A stretch of 64,000 bases of DNA from an uncultured delta proteobacterium (lineage in GTDB: Bacteria > Desulfobacterota > Syntrophia > Syntrophales > UBA5619), in the NCBI GenBank assembly GCA_963817385.1, contig CAWFOM010000012.1, positions 49,514 to 113,513 on the forward strand. Direction: 5' to 3'. This document shows, piece by piece, positions 39,302 to 49,782 of this stretch. The notes under the pieces were generated by a model that ran no database searches, was not told the DNA's origin, and saw only the letters and a program-made list of their open reading frames with translations. The first letter of the stretch is position 1, and the number at the start of each line of letters is the position of its first letter. The position numbers were made by a program, and so were the translations under genes.

Positions 39302-39368
39302 AATAAGCTTTCTTTTGACACCGGTCCCCTTGGCTGTCTGCGGACCGGACTCATCGACAAAAAACAAG

Positions 39369-39411
39369 GCTTTTCAGGACGGCACGCATGATGCGCGCCG
39401 TCCTGAAAAGC
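39369..39411 (-). terminator. Intrinsic terminator
   Basis: GCTTTTCAGGACGGC...GCCGTCCTGAAAAGC, then a T-rich tract on the minus strand. Confidence 0.7.
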
Positions 39412-39442
39412 GCTCGCGGAAACGGGCTGCCGCGATGACCTG

Positions 39443-39667
39443 CTATCCGTACGGAACGATGGCCGGTGTGCCGCATTCCGCACATTTGGCCGCAAATTCA
39501 TCGTCGGGCGAGAAGGTGTGGGGATATACCATGGCAAAGCTGATAAGGAAGACGGCGATTTGCCAGGTGCGAAGCGCGATCTGTAGGGGCCGGGGATGAA
39601 CCGATACATGCGGCGTTTCCTTTTTGCAGCGGGCGCAAAGGTGACGATACGTCTTGTCGGCACTCAT
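39443..39667 (-). CDS. Small CxxC-hydrophobic-CxxC protein (LITAF-like zinc-ribbon topology)
   Basis: CARC...IAVFLISFAMVY...CAEC; AGGAGG RBS. Confidence 0.65.
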   Translation of the reverse strand: MSADKTYRHLCARCKKETPHVSVHPRPLQIALRTWQIAVFLISFAMVYPHTFSPDDEFAAKCAECGTPAIVPYG

Positions 39668-39860
39668 GATGCTTTCCTCCTGAATAAGACGGCCCGGGTT
39701 TTTCAGCAAGCTACTGCCTGAAAACACGATGCCGTCGCTGAAATCCCTGATTCGGGGAAGATGCGCATGCAGACTCCCTGTCGTGAACGACTGGCTGATT
39801 ATTCAGCCGTCGGCCAACAAGGGGTTTGATGCGAACGGGTAATGCGAACAGAGAGTGGCT

Positions 39861-40151
39861 TTAAGACAGGGAGGGAGGAGCCCTGAAACCGCAGGGCAGC
39901 AGATGCATAAAGGAGATTTGAACTGATTCCTTCCGTTGAACGGAGAGCAACCGGAGAATCGGCTCCGGTGCGGAGACGGAGTCAGTTACGACGCCGGTTG
40001 TGACATTGTTGTCCAGACTGCTGTAAGGGCAGGAGAGGATGAGAAGTTCTTCGCGCAGATCGAGGATGTCAGCCGTGAACGCGGAAAAAGCGAGAAAAAG
40101 GACGGCAAGAAACAAGAGTTTTCTTTTGCGAAACTGATCAGACGCAATCAT
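39861..40151 (-). CDS. Small exported/membrane protein with C-terminal RAPP motif
   Basis: RKRK + hydrophobic signal; ends CGFRAPPSLS*; AGAGG RBS. Confidence 0.7.
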   Translation of the reverse strand: MIASDQFRKRKLLFLAVLFLAFSAFTADILDLREELLILSCPYSSLDNNVTTGVVTDSVSAPEPILRLLSVQRKESVQISFMHLLPCGFRAPPSLS

Positions 40152-40328
40152 ATCTGATTCCTCTCTAATTTTCAAAATAAGCACATTTATTAGTCATGTC
40201 AAGAACAATTCGGTAACCGGCAACAACATCCGGGAAAGATTATCCTTGACATCATGGTATTTTCTCCTTATCACTCCGGCGTTACGGAAAAGGTTTGGCT
40301 GATTGCTCAATATCGAAGGAGATGAAAC

Positions 40329-41057
40329 ATGATCATAGATCGGGAAACCTGCATCGGATGCGGGGATTGCGTCTTTACCTGCACGGTCGGCGCCATCAGT
40401 CTCAAAGATGATAAGGCGGAGATCGACCGGGTGGGATGCGTGGAATGCGGAAATTGCCTGAGGATTGCCGGATGCCCGACGGACGCCCTGCAGCAAGATG
40501 AGCTCGTCTGGCCGAGGATCGTCCGCAAGTACTTCAGCGACAACCAGTTCAAGTGGCCCAAGGAGATGCGCTACACCACGGGATACGGCAGAGGAACCGA
40601 GGAGTGTAAGACCAACGATCGCACCGGGAAATTCAGGCGCGGTGAAGTGGGCATCATGGTGGAACTCGGAAGACCCAACACCGGCACCACTTTGTCCAAT
40701 GCGGAAAAAATCATCCGGACGCTGATGGCGGCCGGAGCCGAAATGGCCGAAAAATCCCCTATCACGGCGATGTTGAGCGACCCGGGAAAAGGGATCATGA
40801 AGGAGGAAATCCGGAATGAACGGGTCCTTTCCTGCATCGTCGAGGCCAAGGTGAAGCTCGCGGATCTCGAACGGGCGCTCGATCTTCTGAAACAGGTTTC
40901 CCGGGAACTCGATACGGTCTTCAGCTTGGGTCTGGTAACCCGGATGGAAGAGGGGTTCATCTCCCCCATCGAGCCGACCCTCCGGAAAATGGGACTGCAG
41001 GTCAGGCACAATGCAAAAATGAATCTCGGTATGGGGAAACCTCTTCGTGAGGAGTAG
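40329..41057 (+). CDS. 2x[4Fe-4S] ferredoxin domain fused to an uncharacterised domain (module subunit A, copy 1)
   Basis: CIGCGDC..C, CVECGNC....CPT; GRGTEECKTNDRTG; paralog of 47202-47924. Confidence 0.88.
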   Translation: MIIDRETCIGCGDCVFTCTVGAISLKDDKAEIDRVGCVECGNCLRIAGCPTDALQQDELVWPRIVRKYFSDNQFKWPKEMRYTTGYGRGTEECKTNDRTGKFRRGEVGIMVELGRPNTGTTLSNAEKIIRTLMAAGAEMAEKSPITAMLSDPGKGIMKEEIRNERVLSCIVEAKVKLADLERALDLLKQVSRELDTVFSLGLVTRMEEGFISPIEPTLRKMGLQVRHNAKMNLGMGKPLREE

Positions 41058-41077
41058 CGGGGAAAGGAGCGTTAACC

Positions 41078-41719
41078 ATGAGTCACTCGGCGCATCGGTT
41101 TGGAACGAAAGAAGATCTCAAGAGAGATTATGTTGTTTTTGTCAGGCCTGCGGGCGGGCTGGATGATATCGATGAGGAGACCAAACGGGAAACCGTGAGA
41201 AAAACGAAGATACTGGCCGATATCGTCCATAAGCACGGACCCGCCGGCATCGGCCGAACCGCGACCGGCAGTACGTCGCAGGGGTGCGAGTACGACCGGA
41301 TCATGGAAAAACCGGAGTTGAACGGGTTCATGTCGGTATTCACCGACAAGGAGAAGGCGGAACAGGTCCTGCGGGAATTCAAGGAGCAGGATCTCGGTCT
41401 TTCCGTCGTAGCCAGCGGTCTGACGGAAGACCTTTTTGACATCTGCAAGCGGGTGGGTCTGAAGCCCCATACGATCCTCTTTTCTCTCGGCGTCTGGGGC
41501 AAGACGGAACTCCTTCCCAGTGAAGACCACCTCAAGATCACCACGCTCTGCGGGCACAGCATGGTTTCTCCGGCGTTGATCGATCATTACGTGGATGAAA
41601 TCAAGAAGGGGAATATCACGCCGGAAGAAGCCGGGAAAAAGGTCGGGAAACCCTGCCCCTGCGGCATCTATAATGTTCCCCGGACGGTCGAGGAACTCAA
41701 AAAGATGGCCGCCAGGTAG
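41078..41719 (+). CDS. Uncharacterised Cys/His-motif protein (module subunit B, copy 1)
   Basis: MSHSAHR, TTLCGHSMV, PCPCGIYN; paralog of 46550-47191. Confidence 0.88.
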   Translation: MSHSAHRFGTKEDLKRDYVVFVRPAGGLDDIDEETKRETVRKTKILADIVHKHGPAGIGRTATGSTSQGCEYDRIMEKPELNGFMSVFTDKEKAEQVLREFKEQDLGLSVVASGLTEDLFDICKRVGLKPHTILFSLGVWGKTELLPSEDHLKITTLCGHSMVSPALIDHYVDEIKKGNITPEEAGKKVGKPCPCGIYNVPRTVEELKKMAAR

Positions 41720-41781
41720 AAGGATTTAGGATTTGCATCCGCAGCTTGCTGCGGAGAGATAGGGCGAACGTTGGATGGTTC

Positions 41782-41820
41782 AAACGGTGGGAGGGTGTTG
41801 AGAAACACCCCCCACCGTTT
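41782..41820. terminator. Bidirectional terminator between convergent operons
   Basis: AAACGGTGGGAGGGTGTT-GAGA-AACACCCCCCACCGTTT. Confidence 0.75.
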
Positions 41821-41887
41821 CGGGGATCTTCCGCAGTCCGCGTACGGAGAGCTGCAAAGCACCGCAGCGGGCACCTGCTCGTTTTGT

Positions 41888-43256
41888 TCAGAGAGAGCCG
41901 GCCCCTGCCCCCGCCGAAGGGCTGGCCGTAAACCCCAGGATTTTTTCGCACCACGCGGCCACGTCAAGGAGCCGTTCCTCGCCGTAGGGTTGCGCCGCCA
42001 TCTGCATCGCAAAGGGGAGTCCGTTTGCGTCGAGGCCCGTCGGAATCGACATCGCCGGGAAGCCGGAGACGCTCCAGGGCTGGTTGAAGATGCTCGATCC
42101 GGTGGAGGAGAGCCCCCGGGGGGCCGTCGTCGCGGCGAGCGGCATGATCGCCGCATCCACATCGGCCATCTGCGCGCACATCTCCCGCTGGAAGAGGATC
42201 CGATAGTGTTGGTGTTCGACGTACTGGTGGCCGGAGATCGAGGCGCCCTTCTCCAGGCGGACCTTGAGCTTCGGCGGATAGTCGTCCCGGTTGGCCTCGA
42301 AGAGGCGGCGGTGATAGGCGTAGAGCTCCGTCTGTTTGATGATGCTCCAGCAGGCCCCGACGAAGGAAAAGGAGGGGGGGAAGCCGAGTTCCACGATCTC
42401 CGCTCCGGCGTGCAGGAGCTGCTCGCGGACGGAGGCGAGGTTCGCCAGGACCTCCGGGGAAGTCTCGGCCTCGAAAAACTCCCGGATATAACCGAGACGC
42501 GGCGGGGCGCCCGGAATCCGGGCGCGGGAGCGAAGCGGCGGCTCCGGCATCCGGGCGAACGGCCGGGGTTCTTTCTCGCGCATGCAGGGCCACAGGAGCG
42601 CGGCGTCGGCCGCCGAGCGGCAATGGAAGCCGACGTGGTCGATGCTCCAGGAGTTCGGGAGGACCCCTTCGGTGCTCACCTCGCCGTAGGTCCCCTTGAA
42701 GCCGACGATCCCGTTGTAGGCGGCGGGCCTGAGGAGCGATCCCCCCGTCTGCGTCCCCAGGGCGGCCGGGCACATCCGGTCGGCCACGGCGGCCCCGGAG
42801 CCGCTGCTCGATCCTCCCGGCGTGTGCTCGGGGTTCCAGGGGTTCCGGGTGATCGTGGGGTCGTTGTTGGCGAAGGGGGTCGTCTCGGTCTTCCCCAGGA
42901 AGATCGCCCCGGCGTTCCGGAGGCGGGCGATGACCGGGGCGTCCTCGTCGGGGATGCGCGCCGGGTATACCGGCGTTCCGCAGCGGGTGTACTGCCCCCG
43001 GACGTCGATGATGTCCTTGACGCCGATGGGGATCCCGTGCAGCGGTCCCAGCCATCTGGCCCCGCTGAAACTCGCGGTCGCACCGGCGCGCCTCCGCGAG
43101 GGCCTCCTGTTCGTACACCTCGACCCAGGCGTGGATGGTCTCCTCGCGCGCGTGGATCCGCTCCAGGCACGATTCCATCAGTTTTTCCGCCGTCAGTTTG
43201 CCGGACTTCATCCGCTTCCCGGTTTCGGCGATGGTCAATTCTCTGGGTTCCGTCAT
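41888..43256 (-). CDS. Amidase-signature enzyme (one frameshift ~43055)
   Basis: GPLHGIPIGVKD, TPGGSSSGS, GTQTGGSLLRPA, GLPFAMQ. Confidence 0.9.
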
Positions 43257-43353
43257 ACTGTTTTTCTCCTGGGGGTGCTACCCTAAGCAGACAGGGCTCC
43301 GGCTGCCTAAAATTCAGCAGACGGAGCCCCGCAGAGCAATGAATGAAAAACGG

Positions 43354-44865
43354 TTAGCCGGGGTCGTCATCCTTGATGACCGCCCTCGCCCTTCTCACGG
43401 CCTTGGTTCCGACTGCGACGGACATGATCAGGCTGATCGCCAGGAGTGCCCCGGAGATCGGGCGCGTGACGAAGACCAACATGCTCCCGTGGGAGAGATT
43501 CAGGGCCTGATAGAGGGCCCTCTCCATCATCGGCCCCAGGAGGAGTGCCAGCAGCATCGGCGCCGGGGGAATATCCGACCTCTTCATCAGATAACCGGCG
43601 ACGCCGAAGATCAGCATCAGACCCACGTCGAACATGCCCGTGCTGACCGCATAGGCGCCGATGACGCAGATGATCAGGATAGCCGGGTAGATGAGGGCGT
43701 AGGAGATCCGCAGGAGCGAGGCGAAGAGGGGCACCAGCGGGAGGTTCATGATAATCAGGATGATGTTCCCGATGAACATGGAGGCCATGACCGCCCAGAC
43801 GAAATCGGCGTTCTCGACGAAGAGCATGGGACCGGGTTTGAGGCCATAAAGGATGAGCGCTCCCAGCATGACAGCCGTCGCCCCCGATCCGGGGATCCCC
43901 AGGGCGAACATCGGGACCATCGCCCCGGAGGTCGCGGCGTTGTTGGAGGACTCGGGTCCCGCGATTCCCTCAAGGACACCCGTGCCGAATTTCTCGGGAT
44001 GCTTGTGGACGCTCTTCTCGATCCCGTAGGTCACGAAGGAGGCGATCGTCGGTCCGGCGCCCGGGAGGACGCCGATGATGAAGCCGATGAGGGTGCCCCG
44101 GAGGATGGCCCACTTGCATTGGAGGATCTCGCCGAGGGAAGGGAAGAGTTCACGGAACCTGACCTTGATCGGTTCCACCTTCATGAACTCTTCGGCCGAG
44201 ACGAGGACCTCGGCGATCCCGAAGGTCCCCATGACGAGGATGACGAAATCGATGCCGTCCAGGAGCTCGATCATCCCGAAGTAAATGAAGCGGTCCTTCC
44301 CCTCGACGATATCGGTCCCGACGCAGCCCAGACCGAGGCCGATGACGGCACTCATCAGGGATTTCGGGATCGATTTGCCGCCGACGAAGATGATCGTGAG
44401 CATTCCCATGATGATGAGGCTGAAGAATTCAGCCGGGCCGAACTGGAGGCTGAACTCGGCGAGCGGCACGGCGGCCGCGACCAGGCCGATCGTCCCCAGG
44501 ATGCCGGCGATGAAGGAACCGATGGCGGAAAGGCCCAGGGCTGTCCCCGCCTTCCCCTGCATGGCAAGCTGGTGACCCTCGATCGCCGTGATGACCGAGG
44601 AGGATTCCCCGGGGACGTTGACCAGGATCGAGGTGGTGGAGCCGCCGTACATGGCCCCGTAGTAGACCGCGCACATCATGATCATGGCGGGCGTGGCATT
44701 CATGCCGAAGGTGATCGGCAGGAGGATGGCCATCGTTGCCGAGGGGCCGAGGCCGGGGAGGATCCCGACCATCGTTCCCAAAAAGCAGCCCAGGAGGGCC
44801 ATCCAGAGATTGTAAGGGGTGAGGCAAGTGGCGAACCCGCCCATCAAACCGTTCAAGATATCCAT
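43354..44865 (-). CDS. tctA: TctA permease
   Basis: GILPGLG, MYGGSTTSIL, GPESSNNA, LGIPGS. Confidence 0.95.
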   Translation of the reverse strand: MDILNGLMGGFATCLTPYNLWMALLGCFLGTMVGILPGLGPSATMAILLPITFGMNATPAMIMMCAVYYGAMYGGSTTSILVNVPGESSSVITAIEGHQLAMQGKAGTALGLSAIGSFIAGILGTIGLVAAAVPLAEFSLQFGPAEFFSLIIMGMLTIIFVGGKSIPKSLMSAVIGLGLGCVGTDIVEGKDRFIYFGMIELLDGIDFVILVMGTFGIAEVLVSAEEFMKVEPIKVRFRELFPSLGEILQCKWAILRGTLIGFIIGVLPGAGPTIASFVTYGIEKSVHKHPEKFGTGVLEGIAGPESSNNAATSGAMVPMFALGIPGSGATAVMLGALILYGLKPGPMLFVENADFVWAVMASMFIGNIILIIMNLPLVPLFASLLRISYALIYPAILIICVIGAYAVSTGMFDVGLMLIFGVAGYLMKRSDIPPAPMLLALLLGPMMERALYQALNLSHGSMLVFVTRPISGALLAISLIMSVAVGTKAVRRARAVIKDDDPG

Positions 44866-44886
44866 AGTATTGTCTTTCTCCTTTCG

Positions 44887-45349
44887 CTAGATTCCCAGGA
44901 AGCCTTTGGGGAAGCCCATCTCCAGGTATTTCTCGAAGACGAGCCACGTCACCAGTGGCGTAGGCGACGCCGTAGCCGATGCTCTTGACGATACTGTATC
45001 GCTCCAGAGTCAGCAGGAGTGTCGCTACAAATAGGCACACCGTGATGGGAAATCCCAGGAAAGGCATGGCCATCTTGAGGATGAAAAGCATCAAAAAGAT
45101 GAATCCGACACGGTAGAGGGCGTGCTTTGGGGGAAGGATCTTCATGTCGTCCTCTTTGCTCGGTTCACGCTTGAAGGTGTCATAGAGCAGGTAACAGGAC
45201 AGGATAGCCAGGATGACCCCCACCCAGAAGGGCAGGAACCCCGGTCCGGGTGTGAACTCTGTCATATAATTGAACTTGCTTGATTCGAGGTAGCACCAGA
45301 GGCTGAGCGCCAGCCCGATCACCCCGAAGATGCGATCCGCTTTTTTCAT
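44887..45349 (-). CDS. tctB: TctB small permease (frameshift ~44952)
   Basis: TPGPGFLPFW; C-terminal WLVFEKYLEMGFPKGFLGI* in another frame. Confidence 0.88.
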
Positions 45350-45388
45350 AACTTGTCCTCCTGAATGGGGGTCCCCCGGTTTTAAACG

Positions 45389-46364
45389 CTATTTGTTCGC
45401 TTCTATGTACTTGAGGTCTTCGTCCAGCCCCTTGACGTAGTCCACAAGCCACTTCTTACTGTCCGCCCCGTTCAGGTAGAAGGGAACGAGGTCGGCCTTC
45501 TTCTCGAACTCTGCAAATTCCTTCGTCTTCGAGAGTTTCAAGAAGGCATCCTGCCAGAAATTGTACGCCTCGGTCGGGAAGCCCGGGCCGCCGAAGAAGC
45601 CGCGGACCTGCGTGAAGGAAGCATTGACCCCCTGCTCGATCATGGTGGGGATGTCTTTGTAGTAGGGGAGACGGTGCGGGGCAACCGCCGCCAGGACCCT
45701 GGCGCGCTTCGCTTTGACGTGGCTTGCCGTCTCCGCGGTGTTTCCGAAGGCCATGCAGATGTGGCCGCCGATCAGTTGGGTCGGGCTGAACTCGAAGGCG
45801 GTGATGTTGAATTTCACCCCTGCCGCCCGCTCGATCCGTACTGCCTGGATGTGCTCAGAACCGCCGACGCTGTTGATCCCGACGCTCACCTTCTTGGGAT
45901 TCGCCTTGGCATCGGCGAGCAGGTCCTTGAAGGTCTTGTAGGGAGAGTTGTAGGGGACGATCAGGACGCTCGGGTCCTCGACGAGTGTCGTCAGCCAGAC
46001 GCACTCATCGAGCTTCATCTGGGTCGTGCCGCGGAGCATCGCCATGAGCTGTGCGGTCGTCCAGTGCATCACGACGTAGGGGTCGCCCGCCTTTGATTTC
46101 AGATAGTTCAGGGCCACGGCGGACGAACCGCCCTGGCGGGTCTGGGTCTGGATCTTTGTCTTGACGATCCCGGTCTTGTTGAGGATGTCGCCACTGGTGA
46201 GGACGAACAGGCCGGCGGCGCCGCCGGGCGAGGAATGGTGCAGAAATTCAATAACCTTGTTTGGTTCAGGATAGGCGGCCTGGGCCGCGGGAGCGATCGC
46301 CAGGGTGAAGGCGAACAGTGATAAAAACGACAACGATGGAAGATAAGAAACGGCTCTTTTTCAT
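45389..46364 (-). CDS. tctC: TctC/Bug substrate-binding protein (frameshift in signal peptide ~46325)
   Basis: YPE..., SPGG, GGSSAVA, GGSEH, IPTMIEQG; ATG 46364 with AGGAG RBS. Confidence 0.9.
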
Positions 46365-46549
46365 GATAATCTCCTTTTTTCCATGTCAGGGGTGTCGTGA
46401 GCGACGACCCTTCGGTTAGTGGTTCTCAAGCCCTTGGTACAATATGGCTTTTCCCTCTTCACCTCCTTTCGAGCTCTTTTTCTGTTTCTCAAACGTCTCT
46501 TTTTCCCCACAGTGGGGCTGTTCCGGTAAAATCGTCGGCGTCTCCGCCC

Positions 46550-47191
46550 TTAGGCGGACACTTTTCCCTTGCACTCCTCGAGGATGGTGCGGCAGCGGTT
46601 GGTGTTGAAGATCCCGCAGGGACAGGGCTGGGCCAGAAGATGGGCGCCCTTCTCGGGGGTCATCTTTCCCCTCTTCACCCGGTCCATCACGACCTGCGCG
46701 AGTTTGGAGCCGACCATGCCGTGGCCGCACATCGTCGTGACCTGCAGGACCTCGTCCTCCGGGAGGAGGGCCCGCTTCCCGTGTACGCCGAGGGAGAGGA
46801 AGGCGGTGTGCGGTTTGAGGCCGATCTCCCTGGCGATCTTGGCGACCTCGTCGATCAGGCCGCTGATGACGATCGAGATCCCCGTATCCGCCTCCTTGAG
46901 TTTCAACAGGAACGAACGGACCGCCTCCCGGTCGGAGAAGCAGCCGGCGACGCCGTAGGCCTTGTCCAGGGTGGCCGCGTATTCCTCCGGTTTCAGTCCC
47001 GCTTCATAACTCTTCCCCGCCTGACTGGAGCCGTAGTTGACGAGGTTCTTCTCCGACAGGGCGATGCTCAGGATCTTGCGGAGCTTGGGGCCGCACCCGT
47101 CGCGGTTGACGTAGCGGGAGGCCCGGGCGTAAAAGGTATAGTCGTTTTGCAGCTGTTCGGCGGTTCCGTGGCGGTGTAGTGCGTGGCTCAT
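46550..47191 (-). CDS. Uncharacterised Cys/His-motif protein (module subunit B, copy 2)
   Basis: MSHALHR, TTMCGHGMV, PCPCGIFN; 213 aa like copy 1; AAGGAG RBS. Confidence 0.88.
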   Translation of the reverse strand: MSHALHRHGTAEQLQNDYTFYARASRYVNRDGCGPKLRKILSIALSEKNLVNYGSSQAGKSYEAGLKPEEYAATLDKAYGVAGCFSDREAVRSFLLKLKEADTGISIVISGLIDEVAKIAREIGLKPHTAFLSLGVHGKRALLPEDEVLQVTTMCGHGMVGSKLAQVVMDRVKRGKMTPEKGAHLLAQPCPCGIFNTNRCRTILEECKGKVSA

Positions 47192-47201
47192 AGTGATCTC
47201 C

Positions 47202-47924
47202 TTATGGTTCGACGATGGGGCGTCCCATCCCCATGTTGATTTTCGCGTTCGGCCGGGCGGGAACCCCGAGGGCCGCCAGGCGGGTGCGGACCGGCAGGGT
47301 GCCGTCCTCGGCGAAACGGGATGCCAGCCCCCAGGAGACGACGGTGTCGAGCTCTGCAAGAACGGGCTGCAGCTGCCGAATAACCTGCTCCAGTTGATCC
47401 TCCCGGATCTTGAACTCGAGGATGGCGGAGAGGACCTTTTCATTCCGGAATTCCGGTTTCACCCTCCCCGTGAGCGGTTCTTCCAGAAAGGCAAAGACGG
47501 CATTGTTCGTCTCCAACTCCACGTCCATCTTGACGAGGACCTGGAGGACCTTTTCGAGGTCGGTCATCCGGGCGCCCGTCCCGGGGCGGCCGAATTCGAG
47601 GGCCATCCCGAACTCTCCCCGGCGGAACCGGCCGGTCACATCGTTCGTCTTCATCTCCTCGGTGCCCCGCCCCCCCTGATTCGTCGAGGGATGCTGGACG
47701 CCCGGGTCGCTGAACTGCGCCCGGAGGGCGCGCGGGTAGCGGCTTACTTCCTCCGGTTGGAAGAGGGCGTCGGTCGGGCAGACGCCGGCATGCAGGCAGA
47801 CTCCGCATTCGACGCACTCATCCTGGTCGATCTGGACGCCGCCGTCCTTCTCCGCGATGCAGTTCATCGGGCAGAAGTCGACGCATTCCAAACAGGCGAT
47901 ACATTTTTCTGGATCGATTTTCAT
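47202..47924 (-). CDS. 2x[4Fe-4S] ferredoxin domain fused to an uncharacterised domain (module subunit A, copy 2)
   Basis: CIACLEC...CP, CVECGVC....CPT; GRGTEEMKTNDVTG. Confidence 0.88.
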   Translation of the reverse strand: MKIDPEKCIACLECVDFCPMNCIAEKDGGVQIDQDECVECGVCLHAGVCPTDALFQPEEVSRYPRALRAQFSDPGVQHPSTNQGGRGTEEMKTNDVTGRFRRGEFGMALEFGRPGTGARMTDLEKVLQVLVKMDVELETNNAVFAFLEEPLTGRVKPEFRNEKVLSAILEFKIREDQLEQVIRQLQPVLAELDTVVSWGLASRFAEDGTLPVRTRLAALGVPARPNAKINMGMGRPIVEP

Positions 47925-48586
47925 TTCTCTTCTCCGTTCTTGAATATTTCCGGGAACCGTTCAATCTGGCCGAGAATCGACTCCTTCCGGATCCGCTCGG
48001 CCGCCTCGGCGTCTCCCGCCTCGATTGCGTCGACAATTGCCGTGTGAATCCTCGTTGAGTTTGACATCCAGCCCGGACCGCTCGCGACGGCCAGACGGTA
48101 GCGCATGGTCTGCTTGTCGAAGTTGTCGATCTGCTGGATCAGGCGCGGGTTGCCGCAGGTGGTGATGATCAGGCTGTGGAATTTCTGGTTCAGGTTTTGA
48201 TAGGTCGTGCAGCTTTCGTTCTCCGCGGCCCGGATCATCTGCTCGTGCATTTTTCTGAGCTTCTTCATGAACTCGGGCGTCCGCTTCTGGACGGCAAGAG
48301 AGGTGGCGAGGCCGTCGAGGCTGGCGCGGATGCGGTAGATGTCCTCAGCCTCCTGCGGGGTGATCTTGGCGACGGAGATCCCCTTCCGGGGTTCGCGGAC
48401 GACGAATCCCCGGTTCTCCAGGATCTGGAATGCCTCCCGCACCGGAGAGCGGCTGACCCCGAAGGTCTTGCAGAGCGCCTCCTCGGTGATCCTCTGCCCC
48501 GGCCTGAGCGTCCGTGAGATGATTTTCTGCTCCAGGTCCTCGACGATATGTTCCGCCAGGCTTTTCTGCTTGATCAGCTCGTCCAT
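47921..48586 (-). CDS. GntR-family (FCD) transcriptional regulator
   Basis: LRPGQRITE..L...FGVSRSPVREA wHTH; N..FH...GNPRL. Confidence 0.95.
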   Translation of the reverse strand: MDELIKQKSLAEHIVEDLEQKIISRTLRPGQRITEEALCKTFGVSRSPVREAFQILENRGFVVREPRKGISVAKITPQEAEDIYRIRASLDGLATSLAVQKRTPEFMKKLRKMHEQMIRAAENESCTTYQNLNQKFHSLIITTCGNPRLIQQIDNFDKQTMRYRLAVASGPGWMSNSTRIHTAIVDAIEAGDAEAAERIRKESILGQIERFPEIFKNGEEK

Positions 48587-48612
48587 GAAACCGGGACTCC
48601 TTTTCCCAACTC

Positions 48613-49782
48613 CTACCCCTTGAGGCCGTACATCCGCGCGGCGTTGTCATACAGGATCATCCGTCCCGTCCGTTCCGCATCCCGTTCGGCCATGAGTCCC
48701 AGGCGAACGGCATCGGTCAGCACCTCGCCGAGGGCGATCTTAGCGGTCTTCGCGGAAAGCCAGTGTATCTCCGGGGAGCCGTGCCCGCCGCTGCCGATCA
48801 TGATCTTGGAGAGGGGCGCCATCCCGATCACGTCGCGGTAAACTTCGACGATCCGCTGGGAGGTCCAAGGGGTCGTCCAGCCCGTGTCGACCCACACGTG
48901 AGGGAAGACATGGGCCATCATGCCGGCGTGCTGCATCCACGGGTGGCCGGCATGCAAAAGAACGATCCGCGTCTTGAGGAACCGGGGTTGACGGACGATG
49001 GGGACCAGGAGGAACGGATCGGTGTTCGCGACGGGGCCGTCCCAGAGGCCGCCGGTGATGCCGGTGTGGAAATGTATGGGGAACTTCAGATCCTGGGCCT
49101 GGAGCATGGATGCCAGAACGATGGCCATGTAGATCTTCTTGTAGGCCTCCCCGTCTCCCGCTTTGGCTGCGGAGAAGTACCGTTCCGCCTCATCCGCCTC
49201 AACCGGCGCCGCGCCGAAGCCGACGCGCTCGCCCAGATGGGACTTGATGCCTACGAAGCCATCCCGGCGGATGGACTTCTCGACGCCTGCCTGGAACGCG
49301 CGCAGGAGCTCGGCGTAGGAGGCGCTCGATTCCAAGACCTTGCCGAGGAGCGGGTCCATCTGAAGGAGACGGATTTTCTTGCCCGGGGTCAGGTCGAGGA
49401 CCGGATCGTTAATGGGGAGGTTCGAATCCACGACGGAGCAGACGATCCCGGCGTCCGCGTAGAGCATCTTCGCGTAGCCGGCGAGTCCCGCTTCCGCCGT
49501 CCGGCGGTTCCGCTCGGCGGTGACCGCCTCCAGCGTGGGCTCGCAGCCGAAGAGCTTGGCGAGCTGGCAGACCGCCGTCAGGACGACGCCCATGTGGGGA
49601 AAGTGGAACAGGAGGTCATCGGTCGCGCCCCAGAGCTTGGCCTTGGCGACGCCGGCGATGGGGGTATCGGCGATGCCGTGGAAGAACTCCCGGGCAAGCC
49701 AGATGGGCTCGATGGTCTTCTTTTCGGGTTCGAGGACATGGCAATGGTCGTCTACAACGGGACACGTGGTGAAATCTGGCAT
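48613..49782 (-). CDS. Amidohydrolase (Amidohydro_2 / FluG N-terminal-like)
   Basis: VDDHCH, IHFHTG, IVLLHAGHP, VWVD, KIMIGSGGH; GGAGG RBS before ATG 49782. Confidence 0.88.
   Translation of the reverse strand: MPDFTTCPVVDDHCHVLEPEKKTIEPIWLAREFFHGIADTPIAGVAKAKLWGATDDLLFHFPHMGVVLTAVCQLAKLFGCEPTLEAVTAERNRRTAEAGLAGYAKMLYADAGIVCSVVDSNLPINDPVLDLTPGKKIRLLQMDPLLGKVLESSASYAELLRAFQAGVEKSIRRDGFVGIKSHLGERVGFGAAPVEADEAERYFSAAKAGDGEAYKKIYMAIVLASMLQAQDLKFPIHFHTGITGGLWDGPVANTDPFLLVPIVRQPRFLKTRIVLLHAGHPWMQHAGMMAHVFPHVWVDTGWTTPWTSQRIVEVYRDVIGMAPLSKIMIGSGGHGSPEIHWLSAKTAKIALGEVLTDAVRLGLMAERDAERTGRMILYDNAARMYGLKG

Noticed and set aside
41735..41756. Short palindrome TCCGCAGCTTGCTGCGGA as a REP or IS end
   Set aside because: Single copy in the window and no associated transposase
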